DNA from: a virus
Strand: one strand, 5' to 3'
Length of the DNA stretch: 64,000 nucleotides
Virus record (IMG/VR): IMGVR_UViG_3300032030_000014
Coordinates: 67,919-131,918 of that record
Position 1 is the first letter of the stretch, and every line of letters begins with the position of its first letter. Position numbers and translations under genes: made by a program. Positions 44,303 through 60,200 of the stretch are shown piece after piece. The notes beneath the pieces were generated by a model. The model had not been told where the DNA came from and searched no databases. It saw nothing but the letters and a program-made list of their open reading frames with translations.

Positions 44303-47300
44303 TTAAGTTATTAAATTTTTCAACTATTCATAAGTAATATCAGAAGATGTAATTTGTCCAAAATTATTTACATAACAAATTCTACCAGGTATTAACTTTT
44401 TAATCTAATATAATAAATCTTTAATACTATTTAAAGATCCTCTAAATGTATCAGTATCTCTTGTCTCATCGTTTAATGGATCATAATTTTGATGTAAATA
44501 TAATAATGCTCCATTAATAGATGACATCGTAGCATCTCCTGCATAAGCGGCATCCATTGAAATTAAGGCAGGAATTTCTTCTCTTGCATATAGAGTAATT
44601 GAAGGAGGAACATAAGGTGCATATTCACTCCATTCATATCCATGAGGACATTCATTTGCAGCATCATTTTCAACATAAAATCCAGCCTTTTTATAAAAAG
44701 GAGTTTTACTCATATCCATTAATGGATCATCTGCTAGCTCATATAAATCTGGAGAAACTTCATAATAATATTTATGCTGTATATAAAAAGGATTTCTAAC
44801 AACTGAAATATTATCGGAAGTTAAAGTATAATAAATCGCTTCATTATCAAATGGACCATTCGCTTTAGTATAGTTTTTAGAATTAATATCATACTAATAA
44901 TATCTACCAGGTAAATATAAAGAACTGATACTATATTCTGTTGGAGTTGATATAGTATAATATGTTCTAGCAACCCTATATGGATCTTTCATAATTTTCG
45001 TAAGATTTTCATAAGGTATAATTATATTCTAATCCTAAGAAATATAATAATATGTTACATTCGTCTAACGATTTCGTAAAATAGCTGAACTTAACGGAAT
45101 AGCATCTATCTATTCATAATATTCAATAATATTACCCTAAGCATCTCTACCATATTTTGGAGTATCTGAAAAAACTAAAACATAAAAAGTATAATCTCTA
45201 TACATTTCTTGTGTTAAAATTTCTTCTGTACATAACTAAATATTACCAGGGTGAGCTTTTTCTTCATAATAAAAATAATTTGGCATATAAAAAATACATG
45301 GAGTATCTGTAGGAGTTTTTGTTGTATTTGCAACATCATAATAAGGTCTATTATCTAATGGATCTGGAATTTCTGCATAATCTTTTTCAAAAGCTCCAGT
45401 TTCTTCATTAATACGATAATATTTTCCAGGTTCATATCCATTTGCAAAATTTTCTGCCTATGATGGTCTGGTAATAGTATAATATGTTCTATGCTCATCT
45501 AATGGATTTGGTGAACTTATATCACAAATATAATTTTCTCCATCTAAATAATAAAATCTATTTGGCTCATATCGAGTTAACTCAACTTCGGTAAAACGAG
45601 ATGGATTAATATTTTTTAAATAATAAGTTTTTGTAGAATTATAAGTAGTATCAGTAGATGGAGTATATATAGGACTTAAAGTAGTTCCAATATTTTCATA
45701 ATATTTATTTGTTGAAAACTATGTTGATGCATTAGAATCAACATCATATCTACACCACGACTCTCTGTAATAATATGTTGTTCCAGCAACATAAGTATTT
45801 GCAACGGTATAAATAGGATCTCCGTAATCATTAACTCCATCATACGTATAATACGTATTAGAACCAAAATGATTACCTGCATCTTTATCTACCTTATAAA
45901 TATAATCTCCTATAGTAATTTTTCTATATTTTATTCCTCTACGATATAAAGTCCCCCTGGCTTCATAAATATAATCAAAAGATAAATTATTAACTTGTGC
46001 CTATGAAGGAATTTCTTCTAAATGATAAACTATCTATCCGAGTCTATCGTGTAATGTATTTAATGTACCTGCTAAGGTTTCTAAATCATGTGTTTTTTTA
46101 TTATCAAAACCATTATACTTCACTTCTTGAGTTTGAGATCCATCAATCCAACTTACATCGGTATAACGTAAAATATCACCATGCTCATCTGGAGTTGGTT
46201 TTGCACCATAAATTAAATCATATCCATCAGAAACCATATTTCCAATCATCGGTAATGTAACTGACAATTCATAAGTATCTATAGTTACTTGATTGCCATT
46301 TTTATCAAAGTATTTTTTCCCACTAGATCCTGTTGGAGTAATATCAATTTTATTTTCAGTTGTTTCATCATAGTTTCTATACGATTTATCACTTGCTTTT
46401 TTATTAAAATAAATAGCTGCATCAATTTCTTCCGAAGAAGTACTTTCTAATTCGTTTGTCTCAGGATTATAATTACCAAAAGTTTGCATAATTCTTTCAT
46501 CCGAAAAAGGATAAATGCGATTACCAAAATCATCTTCATAAAAAGAAGCTTCTTTTACTCTAAAGCCCCAATGAGAAGGAACATGAATACGATACAATGC
46601 TTCAGAACTTTTTGAATCTATATAAGGAGCACTAGGTAATACTGATGGAGCATCTGGAAATAATTCTAAGCCAGGCATTAAGCTATTTAATCTTGCAATT
46701 AAAATAAATTTACCTTTTCCTTCACTATAAATTTTCTACCAAACTGTTCCATCATATCCTCTTAATGCCTAATCTACACCATAAAATTCTTTATCAATAT
46801 TATAATTGATTAAATAATTAGGATAAAATTCTGATAATATAAGAGTTTCCCAAGTGGCTTCCGCATCATTCTCTCCTGGCAAACATTTAAAAAAAGCTTC
46901 TGTTGGAGAATTTTCTGATGTATAAATTCTAATTAACTAATCCTAAGTTACATAACATTTATTTTCATCATTTGCGTTTTCAGTTGTAGGAGTATAATAA
47001 TTTCCAGCAAGTGCATCTGCCTAATTATAATAACTTTCAGCAGGTAATTTTATATAATAATTTTCATATCTCCAATAGTAAGAATTCCAATTACTAGCAT
47101 TTACCATTGAAGGCTGTACTTGCTAAAAATTAGTATAATAAAAAAGGATGGTATGAGAAGCATCTGCATAAATTTTTCCGTCTGAACCATAAAATCCAGA
47201 TAAAATATCTCCCGCTGTAAATCTTGATTCTGGATCATATGAAACTAATACAAAACGACCTGCAAAAATATCATCAGTTCCAGATAAACAGGCAAGATCC

Positions 47301-47716
47301 ATAGCTCGTCTATTTTCAAAAATTTTATCAAACTAAAAATGAGTACGTCCTGTGTTTGTTATATTACCATAAAATCCCATATATTAAGACCCCCAATACG
47401 CAATATCAATAACTAAATAAGCACTATCATTACGTTCTATCTCTCGAATAGATCTTTCATCTACCTTAATATCGGTAATAGCTCCTCCTGCGGATAAGTC
47501 TATTTCAAATAAACCAGTAAAACCTACTACAACAGGAGCCGTACCACCATTTAGATAAAGCCTTGTTCCTGGTAATGCACTAATACCAAGCTAAGAAATA
47601 GTTCTATCTGCAGGCAGAAATCTTCCATTAATTAAAGATTCTGCTGTTAAATTCTATGGAAAATTATGTTCTGAACCAGGAGAACAATAAATAAATTGCT
47701 AAAAATTTTGATTCAT
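44303..47716 (-). CDS. large structural protein (~1137 aa)
   Basis: AAGGAGG ribosome-binding site 8 nt before the ATG at ~47714-47716. It is in frame with ORFs 46034..46678 and 44405..44719. Hand translation of 44720-44820 is protein-like. TAA at 44303-44305, immediately followed by the terminator. Confidence 0.45.
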
Positions 47717-47729
47717 TTATTCTACCTCC

Positions 47730-50700
47730 TTAATAAAATCTTTCTGGTGCTTTATTAGCATTTATTGACATTGTTCCATTATAAGTCAATGGAATTGTAA
47801 TTTTATTTACTATATATTCTCCATTTATCTAAGTCGTTTTATCCTATACATAAATACGTGTATTCGGCTGTAAATGATAAATAGGTAAGGCAGTTATAGA
47901 AATATTTTCAATACAATATCCAAATTGATAAAGCAATTCATCAATTTTATTTTTAACACTAATACTTCTATAACTAATTGTTAAAAACTAAGAAAATCCT
48001 TTAGGTAAATATATAAAAGTATATCCAGATTCTTCTTGAATTTCATCTCTTAATTTGCTTAAATCTAATTCAAGAGTATCATTCCCATTACTATCTTTTT
48101 TAAATCTATCTAATAAAATCAAATCAGGAATTTCTTTAAAAATAATAGCACTTGCTTTATCTTCATTAATAGTTTTTGACCTATCTCCAACAACAGGAAT
48201 TGAAAATTCCGCAAGTTCTGTTGGACTATCTAAAAATTCTATCCAGAAATTTAATTTCTCTGGATTTTCAAAAATATCAATATTCCAATATAATTTCTTT
48301 TTATCTATCTCAAAGGGTAAATCTTGATTACTTCCATTTTCATCTCCAGCTTGGAAACAATACTTACAATATTTTACAACTTGTTGATAAATTTCATTCT
48401 TTTTCACAGAATCTTGCTCTGCTGTCCATCTTGCAATCAATTCTTGATATTGAGTTCTTACGAAAGGATTTGACAAAGAAGTATAATATTCAATTTCATA
48501 ATCAGAAATTTCTGCTTGCTGCCATTCTTTTCTACGAGTAAAAAATGTTGAACTTGAAGCTTCAGAATCTGTATTTCTAATATTAGCATATTCTCCACGT
48601 TTCCAAATTTCTTTTGGACGATAATCTGGATTATATAACTATCTCCAAAAGCCCTACATATCGGTATAATACTATTCATAACCAGTATATCCAGTAGGAT
48701 AATAATCTGGATTATTTGCGGCAATTATCGGAAGAAGATGATCGGGATCATCCATAACAATTTCATTATGTATATTGTAAATAGGATCCTATTTAGAGCA
48801 TCCCTATCCAGCAAAGTAATCTAAAGCCATTTGATAAATAATTTCACGCCAATCAACAACATGAATTCTTTTTCCTTCTAAATCATTTGTTGTTAATGGA
48901 TTTTCTTCAGCCTATTCAATATCCTATTGCTATGTTTGTAAATCAGGTAAAACAGGTTTGTAAATATAGCTCTTCATTCCTGGGTTTGCTTCATTTACTT
49001 TTATAACAAGTAAAAAAGTATGTCCGCAGCCTCCCCAACCATGCTATCTATAAGAACCATAAGGACGAGAATGAATAATAGTGCCATCTTCTCTAACCTC
49101 TTCTGGAGTCATAGCATTTCGATAAGGATTACCAGAAGCATCTAAATCGATCATTAGCTAACCTTTCCAAGAATTTGTACAATCTAAAACTGTTCCATTT
49201 GGGAAAGTAATTTTACCTTTAAATCCTTCTTCACCCGTTTGATAGCTCATCATTCGTCCAGAAGGAGGGGCACCTACCTATAATTCATACCATTTGCCCC
49301 AATTGCTTACTTCCCACCAATCACTATTACCATATTCATCATTCCATAAACACTCTGGGACAGGAGCTTTTTCAAATGGAACATAATCTGGTACCTATCC
49401 ATCTAATTCTTCAAGTAAAGCAGAATTTTGATTATTTTCTAACCACTCTTCTGTTAAATAAATTTTATCATCAAGAGCATGATAAAATCCTGGCTTTTTA
49501 TCTATCGCATATCGAGCATGAATAGGAATTTCTGCTCCAGATACACTTTTTCTTTTTCCCCATACGGTAAAATCATTGCGTAAATTACTTAATACAGGAG
49601 CATGCTAAACAGCAGTTAATAATCTATTTCCTTCAAAATTAAAAGAAAATTTATTATGATCACTATTAACATAATTAACAAAAGTTTCATCATCTGTTTT
49701 TGTTAATAAACTCCAACTTGTATTCACATATGTGCGTTTACGCTAAAAAATAAAATGACCAGTTGTATCATAAAAATATTCAAAATCTCCAAGCATTGTT
49801 TTTATTTTATCTAACATTGATACTAAAGTATCTCCAATTCCAGTAACTAAATCACCAGTATAAGTTAAATCTGTAATACGGTATCCTACGTCTTGACCAT
49901 ATTCAAATTTTGCTACTGTATATAATGTATTGTCATTGGTGTTTATGTTATTCTAATCTACCATAGTAAAATCTCTATTTGATAATTTAACCACAGTGCC
50001 AATAACTCTCGTGGTTTCAGATACCATTGGATCAAAATCAAAATTATTATTCTAAATAATAGTATCAAGGCTTTGATTCTAACCTTGCATAAACATTTGC
50101 GTAAAATGAGAAGTAGATAAATTTCTTAAAGCATATAATGGCTTATCACCGCGATAAGTTAATTGTTCTAATCCATATGTATCTAAATCATTTATAATAA
50201 TATTATGATATGGCTCTTTAGCATAAGCATGAACAGATTCACGAATAATTTTCTCAAGAGGCATTTTTACAATAGTATATTCATAATCTAATGTGTATAA
50301 AGTAACTAACTAATAATTCTCTTGAGGTTTCATCTATCTCGTTGTATTTACAACATAATAACCATAAAGATGATTTTCTTCATCTGCTTCATATTTTTTA
50401 AAATAATATTGATTTTTAGGAATATTATCTGTTGTATATTCTACCGGTTCAAATAACTCATCTGGAGACATAACTTTTTTAAATAAAGTATATCTCTGAC
50501 CAATATAAGGAGTATCTTCATCAATAGAATAAACTACATCAATAACATTATCATCCGCATCTGTAATTTCTTTCATAATGCCTTTAACATATTCATTGCG
50601 TTTTTTATAATATAATCCAGAAGAATCCGCAATAAAAATATAATTTGTATTGTCTAAAGTAGATATTTTTTCTGGACTGTCTGCGGCCGCAGGTTTTATA

Positions 50701-51281
50701 TAATATTCTTCTGCCATTAAAACATCCGAGTTATTAATTTCAACTGAAGCCTATGTCATTTTAGCGGTTTTAATTTCTTCCTAACCAAAATCAATAGAAG
50801 CAAACAATTGACCACCTAAATCACCATTAAGTAAAGACATTTTATCTTTACCCTGTAAAGATATAGTGCAATTACTAATACCTATTGAAGTATTAAAACT
50901 TGTGACTAAAAAGATGCCTTCCTAAAACCATACAATTTCAGGATATAAATTATTATCAATTGAAGAATATTCGTTTGATAATGAATTAACAATTCCTATC
51001 TCTAAACTAAATTTAGTTTTTAGTCCCCAATAAAAATCATTAATATCTATTTCATCACTAATCATGGTTAAACTACAAGTACGACGAACAGAAGAAGCAC
51101 CATCAATATTAATACTACCACCAGTTACTTTTCCTTCAATGCTATCCAATGGCAATTCATTAATATCTAATGCAGAAATTTTTGCATAAACGGTTCTTTC
51201 TTTTTGTTCTAAAAGAGCTGCCAAAAAATCTTCATCCAAAAGAGATAAATCTCTTGTTTCTTTTAAAAAATGTGATTTCAA
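47730..51281 (-). CDS. large structural protein (~1183 aa)
   Basis: Track ORFs 47988.., 50079.., 50334.. and 50922..51281 share a frame. AAGGAG ribosome-binding site then TTG at 51281. Ends ...NANKAPERFY with a TAA (~47730) that overlaps the ribosome-binding site of the next gene. Confidence 0.45.
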
Positions 51282-51295
51282 TTTTGATCACTCCT

Positions 51296-54214
51296 TTAAC
51301 TCTTATACTCTGTAATTTTAACCTAATAAGCACAATTTAAATAAATACCATTGCCGATAACAATAGATTTATAAAAACTATCATTTAAGTTTAAAACCGG
51401 AGGTTCATTAAAATTAAAAACATTATCATCCTAATCAACAAGGGTTATAGTTGTTTTTATTTCTCCATTTGTTATAGTCTAAAGAGAGCCATTCTAACAA
51501 TAACAAGTTCTTAATAAATTATCATTTGTATCATAAATTTTGTATAAAGATATATCATCAAACTATGTAATAGTAGTATGAGTATCTTTATCTTCATAAA
51601 CATTCTATGCACGCTAAATAATGTCCTTAATTACTTTTTCTTTAAAATCTAAAACAAAGAATTTTAATACCTAAAAAGAGCTATAATCTGTATAATTAAA
51701 AGATAATGTGTTTGGTCCAATAGTAGTAGAAATTTGATTTTTAATATAAATACTTCTAATATTATTAAAATCTCCAATAAGAATTTCAGTATTATTATAT
51801 TTATAATGTAATAAAGAATCTCCAACTAAATCAATACATTGATTTTTTAAATTAGTCAAATTTTCCTAAGTCTAATTACTAACCTCTTCCATTAAAGAAA
51901 GATTATCTTTTATATTAAAATAAACATCGGGTAATTGAGACTCAAAGGATGAACCTGCATTAAAAGTTAATCCAACAGGAGAAATAAATACTTTGTTATC
52001 GGCAGAATCTGCACCAAGCCGCACAAAGAAAGAATGACCATTTCCGTTTACTGTTGGCTCAATACGCATCCAGTTCAAAATGTCGTTTTCATTAATTTTT
52101 ACAGAAGTATCTATATTAGTAATTCCAGCAATTTTATTTTTAAAAAGTATAGAACTTGTAACCATATTTGTTTCTTCATCATCGGCAATATTTAAAAAGT
52201 TTAAGTTTAATAAATTATTATAAGTCAGCTCTTCCATTTCATAAGCAGTACAAGAAAAATTATGCAACATTCTTCCTAACCTATCTTCTGGTGTTAAAGA
52301 AATGTTTAATAGTCTAACTAAATAATTTCCTTCCTATGGAGACTTAAACATTTTAATTTTACCATTACCCAGCCAATCCATAAGTTTTAGTTTAAATAAT
52401 CGCTCTGCACGCATATTATATCCAACCGAATCAAGAGTTTCACTACGTTCCCAAGATTTTCCGCTATATACAGAATTATCTTCATTGGAATAATCATTAT
52501 AATTCTAATTAACTGGAGTATAATCACGATGTGTTTTATCATTAGAAATTAAATCTAGCTCTATTGCATTCGCAAACATTTCATTATTATCTGCTTTATA
52601 AGAAATTAATCCTGCTATTGGAAACTCTTTATAGCTTACTACTCCATTTCTAAAAATAAAAGGATATTTACTGCCAATCGTATCTATTTTCTATTCAAAA
52701 CGAGTAGTTTTAAAAGAAGAGACTTTAGGATTAAATCTAATCTTTAGCTATTTTTTTCCATCCCATAAAAACATATCTTCAAAATCAGCTATAACTAAAT
52801 TAGATTCTGCTCTACTTGAAGATACACTATTTTCACTATATTGTCTAAAACAATATTTATATGTAATACCTTGTTCAATAGTAAAATCTTTATAAGACCA
52901 ACTTAATGCCTAAGTATAATTAGTAAAATATTTTTTCTTTAATACCTGCCAACTTTCATAATTATCTAATTTGCTTGAACGACAAATTTCAATAGAAATT
53001 GGTTTAGGTAAAGAGGCATAGATATAATAAATATCATTTCCTTCTTCGTCCTATAATAAAGGAGCATTTATACCATGTGCGGTTGCAAATTTTTTATAAA
53101 TAATACTTGTATTATTATTTACATTTATATTCTCTTGTGTTACCACTTCTACCGCTTCTGGATACATAGCTAATAATTCTTCATCAGATTTTGTTGTATA
53201 TTTATCTTTCAAAGAAAAATTTAACTCAATATATGCTTCTTCATAATTATTAGTAGCAACTAAATTTACACCAAAAGAAGTTTCCGGTGTACTTGGATCC
53301 ATACAAGAGTACATTGGACTATAAATTTCTAAATTATTTATAGTTCTAACAGCATACTAAATATAATATAAATAATTTGTAGTTAATAATGTTTCAAAAG
53401 TATAAGTATCAGTAGCTTCATCTAAAGATAAAGATTCTGATGCTAAATTATTAACGCTTGTATTATGGAGTTTCCAACCACTTGTTTCAATTAATCCTTT
53501 TTCAAAATTATATAAAAAGAAAGAATAAGCATATGGTCTTTCACTTTTATCTTCTGAAGTTACATAAACTCCAGTATAAGTCTATTGAAAAGGCTCAATT
53601 AAATTAGTATCAGAAACTAATCTCTTTATATAAACACTTGGCTTAGAAGTGTATTTTGCTATTCCAACAGTAGAAAAATAACCTATCGTTCCATCTTTAC
53701 CAATATAAGCCATTTGAATTTTCAGATATTGACCTAATCTTATATTAAAATTACTTATATCGCTCCAAGTAAATCTAACTTCTCTATTTGTAATAGAGTT
53801 ATTTACTTCACGACTTTCTAAAGTATGGATAAAAGTATTACTCTATACTGTCTTTATTTTAATTCTAAAACCAGATATATCTGAAACAGAAACAGCCCTA
53901 TTCATAGAAAATGGGACGACAACAGTTGCCGCCCCATTTTCTTGGTAAAAAGCAGGCATGGAACTTCCAATAGTAGGTGGATAAAGTTTTTCCGCTACGC
54001 CTGCCATATTTAATTATCCCTCTACTGGCTCAGAACCTGCGGCTGCAGCTCCTGAATTCTGACTATCATTATTTTTAATTACCTGTGTCACTACCTGCTC
54101 AAGTGCACGCAAGCAATCTGCCATTACAAGAGTATCTTCACCCTTTGTACGAATTTCAAGCATTGTATTATAAATACGAGTAAGTTGTTCAACTTGTTCC
54201 TTTGTAATAGTCAT
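51296..54214 (-). CDS. large structural protein (~972 aa)
   Basis: AAGGAG ribosome-binding site then ATG (MTITKEQVEQL...) at 54212-54214. It is in frame with ORFs 53051.., 51872.. and 51671... Hand scan of 51296-51670 found only TAG, down to a TAA at 51296-51298 that sits inside the next ribosome-binding site. Confidence 0.4.
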
Positions 54215-54255
54215 TTTAAAAACTCCTTTATATCTTAATTTTATATATAAAATGC

Positions 54256-57200
54256 TCAAGCAAAACGAGCATATATACCATATTGATTTTCTGCACTCAC
54301 TTCAACTTTTAAAAGCGGTCCTCTAATAAAAACTCCGGCTCCATCGCTTCCTCCTCCACTTTTAGCAACAACTTCAGCACCACTGTTGGTTGATTTTAAA
54401 CTTGCTCTTCCTTCTGATCCATGAGCTTCAATCCAAACGCCGTCGCCTGCTTTTAGTCCAATATTAGATCCAGAGGACTAAACAATAAGAGTACCAGAAG
54501 AAGTAATGCCTATCGCATTGGTTTGTGTAACTCCATCATATCCAGTTACAAATCCTAAATGTCCCTAGACGTCACTATCGTCTAAAGTTGATTTTGTGCT
54601 AAGTTTAATATGATTTGTAGTAATACCTTGTTTAGGATCTAAAACTGTCCAAAAAGTAGTTCCATCAGGAGGACTCTGAATTTTACCAGAATCAATAACC
54701 CATCCTCCAAGCCAACCTCGATTAGCTTGAACATAATTAGCAAAAATATCAGAACCCTTTATTAAAGAACCTTCAATATAAGCTCCTTTTAATGAACCTC
54801 GTTCAATATGAACATCTCCAGCCCATCCCACTCTAAAAGATGGAGTATTACCATCTAAACCAATCTTTAATGGATAATGAGAATCTTGTGAATTAATAGA
54901 AATATTAGTATAAGCTGAATCAATAGGAACCGTTATAGGTTCAATATTTCGTTCGCCCGTTATACTTCCTTCTATTGGCACTGAATTATATTCCTAATAA
55001 CTATATCCGGAAATAAACTAGTTCATCGTAATATATCCATCGTCTATGTCAAGCAACATACCAAGATTACGATTACCTTTCCAGTTACTTGAATAAATCT
55101 ATGAATCATCACCATCAAACCATATTCTACCTTTTCCTTCTTTTCCTATATAGCCAGTTCCATTCTCTAAAAAGGCATATGAAGTTTCTCCTTTATGAAA
55201 ACCATAGATACCCGTTTGTGCAGATAATTCAGGAGAAACAACATCTCTACTAAAATCACCAATCATAACCCCAGAAAATTTATTATCTTCATCTTTTTTC
55301 CCTGCGGCAAAAGCAGAAGCTAAAACAATTCCTGTATTATCATCCAAAACAATATCTGTACCATTCCACTGATTTACTGTTGTAGATGGATACCTATCTT
55401 GATATACATATATTGGCTAAGACCATAAAATAATGTTATCTTTTTTACAAATAACACCATAATTTTTAGCTTCCTTAACATAAACAACAATAGGTTTTAA
55501 AAGTCTATTTTCTACAGTTGGCACAAAATTATCTTTTTTTCTTGGGTCTGGATCAATATAATAAATTGGTTCCCAAACCAAATTTTCTTCTGATTCTTCA
55601 AAATTTGCTAAAATTCCGTTTTCATAGTTCTAAGCAAATAATCTATAAGGATTCTAATAATATTCTGGTTCTCCTGTTAAAGGATACCAAACTCTATCAG
55701 CACCTTCAATATATCTTACTTGATAAGTAATCTAATCATTAGTTCCCTAAGTTCCATTTTTTAAAGGAATTGGAAAATAAGAAGTTAAATTATAATCTCC
55801 AAAATTTTTCAATACAACTTGAAGAATATTTAAAGATTTTAATAAAACATCTGTAGAAGAATCAGCTTTAGGTCTAACAATAAAAGTATTTCCACCATGA
55901 TATTCATACTCTAATAAAGCAATTTTATTAACCATTTTCTCAGACTACAATGGATAATAATAAGTTTCATAAAGAGAAAAGTCATCATTTGGATCTAATA
56001 TATAAAATCCACCTTTTTTTACAAAAGCCTTCTTAGACCAAGAATTATAATAATTAAAATAAATCTCTCCAGAATCATTAGAGTTTGTTTGATAGAACTT
56101 TGCATCATTTCCACTATTTTTTATATCAATAATTTCTTTTAAAAATACATTAATGTCAGTATTTGTAAATAAACCTTCAACCAATTCTTTCGTCATCTTA
56201 TTATTAATTTTATAATACCACTATTTTTTAAAATTGTCAAGTCTTTGAGCACCTAATGTCTCAATAATTATTTTATATAAATCCACATCAGACTATTTAT
56301 CTAATACTAAAGCTTGTATCATTGACTATAATAGTTCTATCTCAGTATTTGGAATAGCTTCACTCAAAGTTTGATTATTAATAATAACTACATTCTAATT
56401 ATTATCAATAATAGATTTTGCAATTATATCTTTTGAAACAATATTGCTATTTGTTTTATTATAAGTATAAAAATTAGAATAATAAATATATGTATATAAC
56501 TCCTAAAGAGGATAGGTATTATTTACTAATATATTGCTAATTTTTTCTAATTTACCATTTGTGTCAACGTAATAATTATAATCAGAACCTATGGATAAAT
56601 TATACTCATAAGCTGGATAATCATTCATAGACTAAATTATAGTCTTTATCCAAGACGTTGCTGTTAAAGTTGGAATACCATTAAATGAACCAGTCCCATT
56701 TAAATATAAGTTTCGTAACAAAATAGTTGTATTACTATGATCACTATCTTTATTACTCTAAATATTACAGTAAGCACGGGTATAAATATCTTCATCTAAA
56801 GGAGACTTAAAACAAAGATTGGCTACATAATTATATAAATTTTCTTTATTAGTATTCTATATTAACTAAAATTGATAAAAATTCTTTTTCTAATAATAAG
56901 AACGTAATAAAGAAAACATTTTAGTTTTTAACTAATCTTTTTTACGGTCATCGGGACTAATATCTTTTACCTCTAAATAATTTGTATTCGCCGCAATAGC
57001 AAATTCATCAAAAAGATTTAATTCAATGTTCTATTGACTTCTATAATTACCATTACTATCATTTTCTGGATAATCAACATTAAAAACACAATCATAACAC
57101 TACCAAAAAATTTCCTCTTTAGATAATAATATATCTAAAGTTAATTGCTGCTATTCTTGCTCCGATTCATAATACTTATCTACATTATCATATTCATCCT

Positions 57201-60200
57201 TAAACAACATTGACATTAACTTAATATAAAATAAATTTTCTGAATCAGGAGTTAATTGCGTGATTGTTGGATTATTTTGCAATTTTTGAATTACCTTTGT
57301 ATATAATATATCATTATCTTGAACAGAACCATTATTAATACAATCTTTCTATAAAATTTTATTAATTGAAGCAAAATAAGTAGTCTCATTAGAGTATGGG
57401 AAGAAAATTAGAATATTAGATTTGCCAAAAACGTCTTCTGATCCAGTTGCATTTTTTACATAAGTATCTCCAAATAAATTTTTTAAAACTCTACTACCAT
57501 TTACAGGCCATGAACTAATAATAATTGCCATTAGTAAAGAAGTAAAATCTGGATAAAAACCATTTGTTGTAAAATAAAAATTGGTACATAAATACTTATA
57601 ATTAAAATTACTCATATTTCTTGACCAAGTAATATCTGATTTAGTTAATTGATTATTAGTACTCTCAGTAAGAGGTAATATTGTTGGAGTATCATTATTA
57701 CCTTCACCTATTGTCATTTCAGTATAATATAGAGGACAAAGATAAATTGTAGTAGTCGAATAAACTGGTTCATTGGTATATGGATTTGTACCAATCGGTA
57801 CCATCTAAGTTGTTGTATTATTTTTAACAAAATCATAGAAATCAAAAATATCTTTATCATTCTTTAAAAATAATGCATTGCTGGTCTTAAAAAAATCTCC
57901 TCTGTGATTTATCATATAATTTCTAAAGCATGTCTTAAAAACACTATTTTCTGGGATATAAGTAGAATTATCGTCTCCAATAATTTCTTTTGTTCCAGAA
58001 TAAACAATATTATTATCATTTAAAGATATTGTAATAACTGGAGCATCTCCGCTATATCCATTATAGCTTTTTCGTAAATAAGAAGCACATGCCTATAATA
58101 TAGGAGCTCCATCAAAACTAACAATGCCATCATTGTCAATATCTACGCCTTCTTTAAACTCCGCAATATAGTAGGCAGTATTTGTAGTAAAAGTTCCTAA
58201 ATAACTTAAATCATTCTATCTGGTTCTATCAAAAGTATTATGTGTAGTAGCATAATCTCTCATTATGGAACTAGTTGCATTTGTAAAAAATCCCATAGAA
58301 TTATCTAAAGGACCAAATCTTTGAGAATTTAAATTAATATAAAAATTTTCTTTAAACATTAATTTAAATAACAATCCAAGATTGTTAACTTCTTCTAAAA
58401 CATATTTATTTCCAGTAGCACTATTAAAATAAGTTTTAATATATCTAAATAAATCTTTACCATAAATATAATCTGCATTGGTATAATAATCAGAAGAAGA
58501 TATGTGTGTTATATGATATTCTACAGCATTATTATTATTGCCAGAAATTGTTCCATTAGTATTTTTTGACTAAATATCAGATAATAATTCTGCCTATTTT
58601 TGCCCTAACAAAAACTTTAATGAAAATAAAATATTAACATAATCATACTAAGAAGAAGACTCTGGATTTGGACCTAAAATAAGTTTTTCTCCTTGATTTG
58701 CTGTTAATGTAAAATTCATTAAATCAGTAAAATTCCGCATCTATTTTTGTCTAATAGCATCTAAAACAAAAATACTTCCAACTTCTTCATCATTAATATT
58801 TTTAAAATTCTATTCTAAATACCATTTTTGTTTTTCTTTAGAAAGAATTGTAGAATAATCAGAGGTTTGAACAAAACCGGGTGTGCGTAAATCTTCATTC
58901 GATTCAGAAGTTTCTGATAAAGATAAAATAGAAATTAAACAATTATTTAATCCACTCTAATTGTGAATTAATTCCTAAAACCCCTATTCATCATCTAAAT
59001 TCAAATTAGATAATATCTAAGATAAAGATTCTCCATTCTCTAAAGAATTTAATATTGTAGTTTTTAAATCTAAATTACTATAAGACATTAAATATGAAGT
59101 AGACAAATTTGTATTCTAAATTTCATTTTTACTTTTTTCATTATAATCAATAATTCTACTTAAAATAGCCTCCCAACTATCAGAAGTATAATTAAAATTC
59201 TATTTTAAGTTATTTTTTAACTAATTTGTATTTGAAGTATTATTTGAAATAATTTTATAAAATTTAATTTCTTCAGAATTAAATAAATATCTTAAAACAC
59301 CGCAACTTAAATAAGTTCCTGGAGAAATAAAAACAACTTCTCCATTATTTTCATATACATATCTATCTGTAGAATTTTCTGGAAGGACAAGCAATTCCTA
59401 TAGAACATCAGCATTTTCTATAATCACATAAAAATACTATATTTGTAATTCTTCTAATCTTTCATTTGTTATAGCATCATTATCAAATAATAGAGAATAT
59501 AATTCTCTTAAAATGTTTATATCTGATAAATAACTATCTGTAATATAAAAACGTTTATTATTATAATATAAACCAGGATCATTATTAAAATCAAGCAATT
59601 TTGAAATTAATTCTATTCTCAAAAATTGTCCATTAGAATGAATATTAAATAATTCATCTCTTAATGTTTTACTATTAGTATTATTTCCTACCTTAATTTG
59701 CCAATTATAAGTAGAAGGATTTAGAGTATATATCTATTCATCTACTTTATTATAGTATTGTTCAGCAAAATATTCAAGAATAGTAATAAAATTTTCTCCA
59801 GTCCAATACTAAAGTATATTCTATTGAATAGCATTAAAAAATTCTTGTTTAGTAATTGCTGTGATGTTAGTTTTAAAAAATACATCATCTGCGGCCTGGC
59901 TGCTTAAATTAAGAATAGTATTACTTTCGTCCCCACCATAAACATTTTCTAATTGTTCAAAAATTAACTACTTTTTCTTTTTGCTTTGTTCAGTTTCATG
60001 AGTTTTATAATAAAACTATTGATATTGAATATACTCTTCTTCGTCTATAGTATATTCATAACTAAAAGCATCTAAAAATTTATCAGGAATACCAGTTCCT
60101 TGTGCAGTACTATTAGCAATCGTTTCTGCTGTTAATTGCTAATTAGCAGCTACTCCATTATTATATGTTTCTACACAATTTGCAAAATGATTTTTTTCAT

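Noticed and set aside
41501-48541. Plus-strand ORFs 41501..41893, 48055..48327, 48176..48541 and 44599..44799
   Set aside because: They are antisense to well-supported minus-strand structural genes. They have no ribosome-binding sites and low-complexity translations.
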